From: Candidatus Onthoplasma sp.
GTDB taxonomy: Bacteria; Bacillota; Clostridia; Christensenellales; UBA1242
Length of the DNA: 64,000 bases
NCBI GenBank assembly: GCA_965646995.1
Contig: CBFGBH010000007.1
Location: forward strand, 4,585 to 68,584
Reading direction: 5' to 3'
Shown: piece after piece, positions 19,339 to 27,262 of the stretch
Position numbering within the stretch: position 1 is the stretch's first letter
Layout: the number at the start of each line of letters is the position of its first letter
Made by a program: the position numbers and the translations under genes
Notes under the pieces: model-generated
Seen by the model: only the letters and a program-made list of their open reading frames with translations
Databases searched by the model: none
Told to the model about the DNA's origin: nothing

Positions 19339-20036
19339 TGATTTACGGCTTAATTATATGTGCAGGTAAGCAATCAAGATTTAAGACCGATTTACCAAAA
19401 GCATTAGTGGATATAAAAGGAGAGACTTTACTTGATAGAAATATTAGAGTGATGTATCCATTTTGTGACGAGATTTATACTGTGTGCTCCGTTGAGAATG
19501 CGCATTACTTTAAACAAGTCGAAAAGATAGTAATTGATTCGGGTAAAGGTAGTGGAGATGCAGTTTGGCAGGCATTGGAGAGATTAAATATTAAGAAGGG
19601 AGATACATGTTTCATAATATGGGGCGACTCTATGCAACAACCTTTGATATTCGAGAAATTAAAAAAAGAATATAATGGTATTGCTTTAATACCTACCGTT
19701 TATGAAGAACGACCTTATGTACAGATTATTCCGACTGAGAATAATAGAGTAGAAGTCCGATTTTCAAAATTTAATGAGACCATCACATCGGGTTATCACG
19801 ATTTGAGCATATTTTATTGTAATGCATATGATTTGCTTGAAGCTTTGCGTACTTTAAGGTCTATGATTATAGATTCAGAAGGTAAATACGTTCATAAACA
19901 TGGCAATGAAATGGATTTCTTAGATGCCTTTAATGAAACCGGACTTAGAGCAAATATTTGTGTACTAGAAAATTATAATGATTTCTCATTCAATACCCTC
20001 GAGGAATTAAATTCATTAATCAAACCAGAAAAATAA
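19338..20036 (+). CDS. Small nucleotidyltransferase (MobA/CofC/LicC-like NTP-transferase fold)
   Basis: N-terminus LIICAGKQSRFKTDLPKALVDIKGETLL. The start overlaps the upstream stop by 1 nt. Confidence 0.6.
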   Translation: MIYGLIICAGKQSRFKTDLPKALVDIKGETLLDRNIRVMYPFCDEIYTVCSVENAHYFKQVEKIVIDSGKGSGDAVWQALERLNIKKGDTCFIIWGDSMQQPLIFEKLKKEYNGIALIPTVYEERPYVQIIPTENNRVEVRFSKFNETITSGYHDLSIFYCNAYDLLEALRTLRSMIIDSEGKYVHKHGNEMDFLDAFNETGLRANICVLENYNDFSFNTLEELNSLIKPEK

Positions 20037-20064
20037 AGATCTCACCATTTAGGTGAGATCTTTT
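20037..20064. terminator. Bidirectional terminator between convergent genes
   Basis: 10-bp stem AGATCTCACC/GGTGAGATCT followed by TTTT. Confidence 0.75.
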
Positions 20065-20650
20065 AGTCTGCTACATAGAAGGATTGACCTTTTCTATACG
20101 CATATTTGTCATTATAGATTTTATGTAATTCGTCCGCTACATCATCTAGAGTTTTTAGTGACATATCAGCGTCTATTATGGTATGCTTACCTTCTCTATG
20201 ACCGATACGATAGTAACCATGTTTTTTAGGTTGTTTCATATACCATAATTCGTTTTGAGTGTATTTTGGGTTTGTTTTAATAGTAGGTGTTTTTATATCC
20301 CCAGTCATCATTAATTCACTAATTAAACTAGTGAGTGCAAGCTCTGAATTATTCTGACGATATTCATCAAACATGCCTAGTAGTCTATATACATTAGAGA
20401 AATTGTTATTTTTGAATTGAATAGTGTATACATCTGTATGCTTATTTTTATCATGCACACAGAAAACTATCAATGGATTAAATGGTTGAGTTTTGCCTAA
20501 TATTATTCCGCATTGCAAACTGATAGAATAGAAATTTGAGCTTAGCGGAAGATTTAAAAGTTTATTTTTAGTAATATCTTCATTGTTGTGATAGATAGTC
20601 ACTTCTCCTTTATCTAATAATTCAGTTAAAACATCTCCATGTATTATCAT
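20063..20650 (-). CDS. Hypothetical protein
   Basis: AAGGAG plus 6 nt plus ATG at 20650 (MIIHGDVL...). The ORF-track GTG at 20671 would place the RBS inside the CDS. No motif recognised. Confidence 0.6.
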   Translation of the reverse strand: MIIHGDVLTELLDKGEVTIYHNNEDITKNKLLNLPLSSNFYSISLQCGIILGKTQPFNPLIVFCVHDKNKHTDVYTIQFKNNNFSNVYRLLGMFDEYRQNNSELALTSLISELMMTGDIKTPTIKTNPKYTQNELWYMKQPKKHGYYRIGHREGKHTIIDADMSLKTLDDVADELHKIYNDKYAYRKGQSFYVAD

Positions 20651-20673
20651 AAATATCTCCTTTATATACACGC

Positions 20674-20705
20674 ATTATAGCACAAGGGGGGGGGGTGGCT
20701 GTCAA
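20674..20705 (-). promoter_or_regulatory. Promoter with a C10 tract in a 20-nt spacer
   Basis: Minus strand: TTGACA (20705-20700), GCCA, C10, TTGTGC, TATAAT (20679-74). TGc immediately 5' of the -10 gives an extended -10. Confidence 0.55.
20686..20695. repeat. G10 (C10 on minus strand) homopolymer
   Basis: Counted directly from 'cacaaggggg gggggtggct'. Confidence 0.9.
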
Positions 20706-20755
20706 TAGGTATAGGCAAATATTTTTAAAAAATATTTTGCGCCTTAGTTAATCAT

Positions 20756-20784
20756 TTGTCAAAAAATTTTTTCTTTGATATAAT
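20756..20784 (+). promoter_or_regulatory. tex promoter
   Basis: TTGTCA (20756-61), 17 nt, TATAAT (20779-84). The ORF track reads the -35 TTG as a start codon. Confidence 0.6.
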
Positions 20785-20842
20785 CATTTATAGAGTTTAT
20801 CTTACGATAAACTTTAATTATTACAACATAAAAGGAAGAAAT

Positions 20843-22996
20843 ATGGAATTACAGAAACAATTAGCTTATGAATTTAACTTAAAAGAAGTATATGCCGAGA
20901 ATATCATTAACTTAATAGACGAAGGCAATACCATACCATTCATTGCCCGTTATCGTAAAGAGATGCATGGTGCGTGCGATGACCAAGTACTTAGAGATTT
21001 TGCCGATAGACTTAATTATCTAAGGAATTTGAACAAAGAGAAAGAAAAAGTAGAGAAAGTCATCCGTGAGCAAGAGAAATGGACGGACGAGATAGCGAAA
21101 GCGTTAGAGGACGCTCTCACTCTCACTGAAGTGGAAGATATATATAGACCATACAAGCCTAAACGCAAGACTCGAGCTACAGTTGCAATTGCGAAGGGAC
21201 TTGAGCCACTAGCAGACATTATTCAGGCTCAAGAAATTAGCGAGCCAGTGGAGAATATAGCTAAAAATTATATAGACGAAGAAAAAGGCGTCAAGAATGA
21301 AAAAGAAGCTATTTTAGGCGCTATGGACATTATCGCGGAGCGTATCAGTGATGATGCTAATCTCCGTAAAACTCTTCGTGAAATCATAGCTAAGAAAGCG
21401 AACATTCTAGCTACTTGGGATGCAGAAGCAGACGAGAACAAGACCTATGAGAATTATAAAGATTTCAAGGGCGAGGTTGCAAAAATACCTAGTCATCGTA
21501 TTCTCGCACTCAATCGTGGAGAGAAAGAGAAATGTCTCAAGGTTGACATAGAGATTAACAATAAATTAACCATTACAGAGATAGAGAAGATTTATCTAAA
21601 GGACAACGAATACACAAACCAAATCATGAACGACACTATCGCTGATAGTTACGATAGATTATTGTTTCCGTCCCTTGAGCGTGAGTGTCGCACAGCCCTG
21701 ACTGATAGAGCGAACGAGCAGGCTATTAAAATGTTCGAAGTGAACTTAAAACCATTATTACTCCAAGCTCCACTCAAGAATAATATCATCATGGGTTATG
21801 ATCCGGGCTATTATAACGGATGTAAGATAGCAGTCATTGATACTAAAGGCGATGTGCTTGATACTGCTGTGGTTCATCCTACTCCACCACAAAATAAAGT
21901 AGAAGAGGCGAAGAAAAAACTTACTGATATGATATTAAAGAACAAAGTGGACATCATTGCAGTCGGTAATGGAACAGCTAGTAAAGAGAGCGAAATACTA
22001 GTCGCTGACCTTATCAAGACATGTGGTAGAAAGGTTAGTTATGCCATGGTTAATGAAGCAGGAGCCTCAGTATATAGTGCATCCAAGCTTGCTGCCAAAG
22101 AGTTCCCAGACTATGATGTCAACCTTCGTAGTGCGGTGTCAATAGCAAGAAGATTGCAAGACCCATTAGCAGAACTAATAAAGATAGATGTAAAATCTAT
22201 CGGGGTAGGTCAGTACCAGCATGATATGCCACAGAATAGGCTCAACGAAGTATTAGGTAACACTGTCGAAGACTGCGTTAATAGCGTAGGCGTTGACCTT
22301 AATACTGCATCAGTCAGTTTGCTGAGCTATGTCTCAGGTATCTCTGGTAGTCTTGCCGAGAATATTGTGGATTATCGTTCACAAGTAAAACATATCACTA
22401 ATAGAAATGAACTACTTAATGTTAAGAAAATGGGGCCTAAGGCATACGAGCAATGTGCAGGTTTCTTGCGTATCACAGACGGAGAGAATATTTTAGACAA
22501 TACAGCGGTGCATCCAGAAAGCTATGATGCGGTTAAAAAATTATTGGCACTATTCAATCTTACAGACGAACATATCAAGGCAGGCGAGCTAAATATGCTT
22601 CCTAGCCTTATTGAGAAGAAAGGTGCGAATAGCGTAGCAGATTCTATTGGTGTGGGTGTGCCAACTCTGAACGATATTGTGAAAGAATTATTGAAGCCGG
22701 GTCGTGATGTGCGTGAAGATATGCCTCTGCCAGAACTTAGAAGTGATATTCTATCTATGGAAGACTTGAAGCCAGACATGGTATTGGACGGCACAGTTCG
22801 TAATGTTATTGATTTCGGTGCATTTGTAGACATTGGAGTACATCAAGATGGCTTAGTTCATATTTCTCAGATAAGCAATAGCTTTATATCTCATCCTAGC
22901 GATGTATTAAAAGTAGGCGAGCGAGTTAAGGTTAAAATTTTATCCGTAGACCTACAGAAGAAACGTATTTCACTCACTATGAAAGGTATTGAATAA
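20843..22996 (+). CDS. tex: Transcription accessory protein Tex (S1 RNA-binding domain protein)
   Basis: IPFIARYRKE near the N-terminus, a YqgF/RuvC-like centre, HhH motifs and a C-terminal S1 domain (GTVRNVIDFGAFVDIG). Start taken at ATG 20843 after AAGGAAG. Confidence 0.9.
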   Translation: MELQKQLAYEFNLKEVYAENIINLIDEGNTIPFIARYRKEMHGACDDQVLRDFADRLNYLRNLNKEKEKVEKVIREQEKWTDEIAKALEDALTLTEVEDIYRPYKPKRKTRATVAIAKGLEPLADIIQAQEISEPVENIAKNYIDEEKGVKNEKEAILGAMDIIAERISDDANLRKTLREIIAKKANILATWDAEADENKTYENYKDFKGEVAKIPSHRILALNRGEKEKCLKVDIEINNKLTITEIEKIYLKDNEYTNQIMNDTIADSYDRLLFPSLERECRTALTDRANEQAIKMFEVNLKPLLLQAPLKNNIIMGYDPGYYNGCKIAVIDTKGDVLDTAVVHPTPPQNKVEEAKKKLTDMILKNKVDIIAVGNGTASKESEILVADLIKTCGRKVSYAMVNEAGASVYSASKLAAKEFPDYDVNLRSAVSIARRLQDPLAELIKIDVKSIGVGQYQHDMPQNRLNEVLGNTVEDCVNSVGVDLNTASVSLLSYVSGISGSLAENIVDYRSQVKHITNRNELLNVKKMGPKAYEQCAGFLRITDGENILDNTAVHPESYDAVKKLLALFNLTDEHIKAGELNMLPSLIEKKGANSVADSIGVGVPTLNDIVKELLKPGRDVREDMPLPELRSDILSMEDLKPDMVLDGTVRNVIDFGAFVDIGVHQDGLVHISQISNSFISHPSDVLKVGERVKVKILSVDLQKKRISLTMKGIE

Positions 22997-23112
22997 TATT
23001 TTGTAAAAAATTAGACTTTTTTGTACAAAATAATTTAACAATGATTTTTCGATATGATAATTTATTAATCGTCACGTTTTTTGTGGCGATTAATTTGTAT
23101 TGTAGGGGAGAT

Positions 23113-23481
23113 ATGAAATTAAAGTCAGAATATTGTAAGAAAGTCGTGCATTCGCATTATTTTATAAGCACAATGTTGAGAAAGTTGGGTATCACTAATA
23201 AATACATCGGATATTTTTATCTTATTGAGATTTTGGATCTTCTTATAAATGAGGGACTGATTGTCAATTCGTTTTCTGGACAGGTCTATCCTAGAATAGC
23301 CTGTAGATATAATAGGAGTGACCATACTATCGAGCGAGATATTAGACATATTATCAGTATTTTGTGGGACGAAAAATTGAAGAAGATATTATCTCCATTT
23401 TGTTTTTACACTAATAGACCGAGATGTCGTCAGTTCATCTACGCTGTGAAAGACTATATATTAAATGAATTAAATTATTGA
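23113..23481 (+). CDS. Stand-alone Spo0A C-terminal-type DNA-binding domain protein (no receiver domain)
   Basis: LGITNKYIGYFYLIEIL, VYPRIACRYNRSDHTIERDIRHIISILW and RPRCRQFIYAVKDYI align with the Spo0A effector domain. Start taken at ATG 23113 after GGGGAG. Confidence 0.65.
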   Translation: MKLKSEYCKKVVHSHYFISTMLRKLGITNKYIGYFYLIEILDLLINEGLIVNSFSGQVYPRIACRYNRSDHTIERDIRHIISILWDEKLKKILSPFCFYTNRPRCRQFIYAVKDYILNELNY

Positions 23482-23554
23482 TTTTACTTATCTACAAGTA
23501 TTTATTTGACAATTAATTTTCATTCATCTAGAATAAAACAAACTAGGGGATGAA

Positions 23555-24244
23555 ATGAATAGAAGAAAATTGTCAGGTCAGACTGTCACAATAGTTATTT
23601 TATCTATATTGCTGTTATGTACAGTAGTATTTGGTGGGGTATATGCTTATTATAGTTCTGCATCAAATAGACTTACGGGTAAGATAATAATGGCAAATCT
23701 AAAAATTTCTATGAGTGGAAATTCAGGCGACAGCAGTTCAAGTGAGATATTAGTGACTAATGGTTATGTAGTACCAGGGCAGAGTCTAGAGAATACCGCA
23801 CTTACTATTACTAATAAATCAAATACTTCCATATATATAGTGGTTTTATATTCGGTTAGAGCTAAAGATATCAATGACGATACTGAGACAGAGATTAAAT
23901 TAGATAAGCCTCTTATAGAGACAGGCAATAGCGTAGCGTGGTATGATTATCATTTTAAATATGAGGCAGGGGATGAAAGAAATGAATTTCGTTGCTTAGT
24001 GTCGTCTGTAGCCATTCCGGAGATAGAAGAGAATATTACGGTCATAGCACAGAATCAACTTCGGCTACATGCGAGTCTCGGTAATGAATTTCAGTCTAAA
24101 AGTATCAGTATGAAATTTCAAGCATATGCTATAGCATCTAATTCATTTAATGATATTATTACAAATAATACTACGATGGAAGAGAGAGCAGGCATAATAG
24201 TCAATGCTATATATGAAGCATTTGACCATGATATCAGTATTTAG
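23555..24244 (+). CDS. TasA/camelysin-family secreted protein (SipW-type signal peptide)
   Basis: The N-terminal TM followed by GGVYAYYSSASN...GKIIMANL resembles the GGT(F/Y)AYFSD motif of that family. A consensus promoter with 17-nt spacing (TTGACA...TAGAAT) lies upstream. Confidence 0.55.
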   Translation: MNRRKLSGQTVTIVILSILLLCTVVFGGVYAYYSSASNRLTGKIIMANLKISMSGNSGDSSSSEILVTNGYVVPGQSLENTALTITNKSNTSIYIVVLYSVRAKDINDDTETEIKLDKPLIETGNSVAWYDYHFKYEAGDERNEFRCLVSSVAIPEIEENITVIAQNQLRLHASLGNEFQSKSISMKFQAYAIASNSFNDIITNNTTMEERAGIIVNAIYEAFDHDISI

Positions 24245-24265
24245 ATGCACAATTGTGCATTTTTT
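24245..24265 (+). terminator. Intrinsic terminator
   Basis: Perfect palindrome ATGCACAATTGTGCAT followed by TTTTT. Confidence 0.7.
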
Positions 24266-24334
24266 CATATAAATTTGGTAAAAATATTTCATTTTTTATC
24301 GTGTCTAATTTAAAAAAATTTGCATAGATTAGAT

Positions 24335-24898
24335 ATGAGCAAAATTTGGATTGTGATGATAATAGCTAGTTTAGTGATGATGTCCATTTTTTCGCCATCG
24401 GCAGTAGTTGGTACGATGATGGAAGCAAGCAAGATGGGCATCACCATGTGCATAGAATTTATCGGCATATATGCAGTATGGATGGGTATCATGCAGGTTT
24501 TAGATGATTGTAAATTGAGTCATAAACTCTCCGCTGTTTTAAGTCGCCCAGTGCAATATATTTTTGGTAAAACAGATGCCGAGACAGAGAAAAACATATG
24601 TCTGAACATAGCATCTAATATTATAGGTATAGGCAGTGCGGCTACACCATACGGGATAAAGGCAATGCAAGGATTAGACAAAGGGGACAAGCGTGCTACA
24701 CGCGCCATGATAATGCTAGTAGTTATTAATTCTACTGGAATTCAGCTCTTGCCTACGACAGTGATAGGTATGAGAGCTATGGCTGGCAGTATTAGTCCAA
24801 GCTGTATACTATGGCCGACCATAGTCGCGACATTTATCCCTACATTACTCGGTATATTGCTTGTGAGTGTGATTTACAGAAGGCGAAGACATGGCTGA
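24335..24898 (+). CDS. spmA: Spore maturation protein A (nucleoside-recognition/Gate domain membrane protein)
   Basis: Polytopic membrane protein of SpmA size, overlapping the next gene as in spmA-spmB pairs. Start taken at ATG 24335. Confidence 0.65.
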   Translation: MSKIWIVMIIASLVMMSIFSPSAVVGTMMEASKMGITMCIEFIGIYAVWMGIMQVLDDCKLSHKLSAVLSRPVQYIFGKTDAETEKNICLNIASNIIGIGSAATPYGIKAMQGLDKGDKRATRAMIMLVVINSTGIQLLPTTVIGMRAMAGSISPSCILWPTIVATFIPTLLGILLVSVIYRRRRHG

Positions 24899-25397
24899 TT
24901 TATTTCTTCCTATCTTGATAGCATTCGTCATGATATATGCACTAATAAAAGGCGTAGATGCATATTCTGCATTCGTTAATGGTGCAAAAGGAGCATTACC
25001 GCTCATGGCTACACTTATGCCATTCATAATCGCAATGTTTGTTGCTGTAGAATTATTTAGGCATTGTGGTTTGAGTGGATACCTATGTAATATTTTAGCT
25101 CCAATATTTAGATTTATAGGAATACCCCCTGAGATTTGTGAATTAACTTTAATTCGTCCGTTTAGTTCAAATGCAGCATATGTGCTATTGCGAGATATTT
25201 TCACTACTTATGGTGTGGATAGTTATATAGGTAAATGTGCTAGTGTTATTATGGGTAGTAGCGATACGATTTTCTATGTAAGTAGTATATATTTTGCTTC
25301 TACGAATGTGAAAAAGACACTCCTTACCATTCCTATAGCACTAGTTTGTAATGTAGTGTGTGCGATTTTGGCATGTTTTTGTTGTAGATTTATTTGA
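24891..25397 (+). CDS. spmB: Spore maturation protein B
   Basis: 168-aa polytopic membrane protein that overlaps spmA by 8 nt. Confidence 0.65.
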   Translation: MADLFLPILIAFVMIYALIKGVDAYSAFVNGAKGALPLMATLMPFIIAMFVAVELFRHCGLSGYLCNILAPIFRFIGIPPEICELTLIRPFSSNAAYVLLRDIFTTYGVDSYIGKCASVIMGSSDTIFYVSSIYFASTNVKKTLLTIPIALVCNVVCAILACFCCRFI

Positions 25398-25467
25398 TTT
25401 TCGATTAATAGAAGCTTATTCGTGAAATTTCGACATTCATTTTCTTTCTGGGTTTAATGGGTTTAGA

Positions 25468-25496
25468 TTGACAATTATTATGTTTTATGGTAAAAT
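25468..25496 (+). promoter_or_regulatory. Promoter placing the transcription start at or next to the ATG of a micro-ORF
   Basis: TTGACA (25468-73), 17 nt, TAAAAT (25491-96). ATG at 25503 with no Shine-Dalgarno sequence. Confidence 0.55.
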
Positions 25497-25502
25497 ATAT
25501 CT

Positions 25503-25586
25503 ATGAAGATTATTAAATATTTGCTTCTGTTTGCTATTATAATTGTTGTTGTGTGCGTGTGTGCACAGTGCGGATTCTTTGGTTAA
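25503..25586 (+). CDS. 27-aa hydrophobic Cys-rich micro-ORF (MKIIKYLLLFAIIIVVVCVCAQCGFFG), candidate leader peptide or small membrane peptide
   Basis: Own promoter. The stop is followed 3 nt later by a terminator hairpin, and the next gene starts 14 nt after the T-run. Not in the ORF track (under 60 aa). Confidence 0.4.
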   Translation: MKIIKYLLLFAIIIVVVCVCAQCGFFG

Positions 25587-25588
25587 TG

Positions 25589-25614
25589 ATTCTTGCATTA
25601 TGCAAGAATTTTTG
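25589..25614 (+). terminator. Intrinsic terminator/attenuator immediately upstream of the permease RBS
   Basis: ATTCTTGCA-TTA-TGCAAGAAT followed by TTTTG. GGAG RBS at about 25617 and ATG at 25628. Confidence 0.6.
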
Positions 25615-25627
25615 TTGGAGTTATTGA

Positions 25628-26503
25628 ATGGAATATTGGTATGCTTTACTTGATGCTCTATTGGATACGGCGAAAATCGTACCTTTTCTTTTTATAATAT
25701 ATTATCTCATTGAACTAATGGAATATAAATGGGCTATCAAATTTCAGAATAATAAACTTCTAAAGGGTAAAGCAAGCCCAGTAATAGGCTCATTAATAGG
25801 ATGCGTACCACAGTGTGGATTTTCTATAGTATCAACCGATTTGTTTAGCAAGAGAGCGATTTCTGTCGGTGCGTTGATAGCGGTATATATTGCTACTAGC
25901 GATGAAGCCTTACCTTTAATGATTGCTAGTCCAGCTAGCATTCCATGGTTACTCGCGCTAATAGGTGTCAAAATTGTGGTTGGTATTATTGTTGGTTTTC
26001 TAGCTAATGGACTATATAAAATATGCTTTAGAAAAGAAATTACCGAGCAGATTCCAGAAGAGAAAGTAGTGGTAGAAGAACATGACGGATGTTGTCATCA
26101 TCATGTTGAAAGTAAGGCATTTGACTGGCTCCATCCGCTTTTGCATTGTTTGAAAATCAGTGCTTTTATATTGATAATAAATATATTATTTAGCTTTATT
26201 ACACAGATTTGGATAGGCGAGACCGCCTTAGTTTCGTTCTTGAATCAGAGCAAGTGGCTACAACCGCTTCTTGCAGTACTCGTGGGATTGATACCAAACT
26301 GTGCATCGAGTGTAGTCATCACAGAATTATTCTTGATGGGAGGACTATCTTTCGGAGCATTAGTGACTGGCTTGTGCGTCAATGCGGGTCTTGGACTCAT
26401 CGTACTATTTAAAAGAAATAAGCGTGTTAAAGAAAATATTTTTATACTTTCGATATTGATTGGTTCGAGTATTATTGTGGGATATTTATTAAGTTTTATT
26501 TAA
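25628..26503 (+). CDS. Polytopic permease of the 'putative 10-TM heavy-metal exporter' (ArsP_2/DUF2899-like) type
   Basis: GSLIGCVPQCGFS and LIPNCASS half-repeats, with a central HDGCCHHHVE Cys/His cluster. Confidence 0.5.
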   Translation: MEYWYALLDALLDTAKIVPFLFIIYYLIELMEYKWAIKFQNNKLLKGKASPVIGSLIGCVPQCGFSIVSTDLFSKRAISVGALIAVYIATSDEALPLMIASPASIPWLLALIGVKIVVGIIVGFLANGLYKICFRKEITEQIPEEKVVVEEHDGCCHHHVESKAFDWLHPLLHCLKISAFILIINILFSFITQIWIGETALVSFLNQSKWLQPLLAVLVGLIPNCASSVVITELFLMGGLSFGALVTGLCVNAGLGLIVLFKRNKRVKENIFILSILIGSSIIVGYLLSFI

Positions 26504-26593
26504 ATTGCACTAAATGTGCGATTTTTTTATGTAAAAAGACTAATTTATAGAATATTTAAATAAATTTTCTCAAATACTAATCGTGAGGTAAAT

Positions 26594-27034
26594 ATGGAAA
26601 AGAAAGAATATAATCTACTTAATAGAATCTATCAAGATGCTGGAATAGGCATGCAATCTATAGACAAAATCTTAAAAAAAATTGAGGACGAAAATTTAAA
26701 GAAAATATTTTCAAAGCAGTTCGAAGCGTACGAGAAGATAGCGGAACGTTGTGATATTTTAGCTATACAAGACAATGAAGAATTGAAAGATAATGGTATG
26801 TTTAAGAAATTTAAGCAGACAGCAATGCTGTATTTATCATTGTGGACAGATAAGACACCTCGACACATAGTTGAGATGATGATTACAGGTACAGTGATGG
26901 GAATAGTCGACACTATCAAGGCAGAAAAAGACTTAAAATCCAAAAATCCAGAAATCAAACTTCTTTTGGAAGATTTTAAGAAAATGCAGGATGATTTCTA
27001 CGAAAAATTAAAAAAGCAGTTAGCTAAGGTTTAA
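26594..27034 (+). CDS. Hypothetical all-helical protein
   Basis: 146 aa, K/E-rich helical sequence. 22 nt upstream of the next ORF, so it may be co-transcribed with it. Confidence 0.5.
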   Translation: MEKKEYNLLNRIYQDAGIGMQSIDKILKKIEDENLKKIFSKQFEAYEKIAERCDILAIQDNEELKDNGMFKKFKQTAMLYLSLWTDKTPRHIVEMMITGTVMGIVDTIKAEKDLKSKNPEIKLLLEDFKKMQDDFYEKLKKQLAKV

Positions 27035-27056
27035 CTTTGGTTAAAAAGGAGAATAT

Positions 27057-27251
27057 ATGGACGAAGTGGTTGGTGCCTATATCGAATATTTATCGAGTTT
27101 GAAGGAAATCACGAAACCATCAATGCCAAAATTCAATCTCTCGGCATATACTGACAATGAATACGTTAGTGCAATTTCATCAGTATTAAAAGAGTATGAA
27201 TGTATTGATGATTATAATCTAACCCTTCAATATTTGAAAGGAGAGAAATAG
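27057..27251 (+). CDS. Small acidic protein in the antitoxin position upstream of mazF (non-canonical candidate antitoxin)
   Basis: AGGAGA RBS, 64 aa, D/E/Y-rich, with no RHH- or AbrB-type basic N-terminus. Ends 11 nt before mazF. Confidence 0.45.
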   Translation: MDEVVGAYIEYLSSLKEITKPSMPKFNLSAYTDNEYVSAISSVLKEYECIDDYNLTLQYLKGEK

Positions 27252-27262
27252 ATTATACTACT

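Noticed and set aside
20651-20842. N-terminal extensions proposed by the ORF track: GTG 20671 for the minus-strand gene and TTG 20756 for tex. Likewise TTG 45595 for the 45661 gene.
   Set aside because: These start codons are promoter -35 hexamers or lie upstream of clear RBS+ATG combinations. The extensions would place promoter and RBS sequence inside the CDS.
25426-25432. TTCGACA (reverse 0A-box-like heptamer) about 40 nt upstream of the micro-ORF promoter, and other scattered TTCGACA matches, considered as targets of the orphan Spo0A domain.
   Set aside because: Single heptamer matches occur several times inside coding regions as well, for example around 7975, 38455 and 49146. There is no enrichment or pairing to support function.
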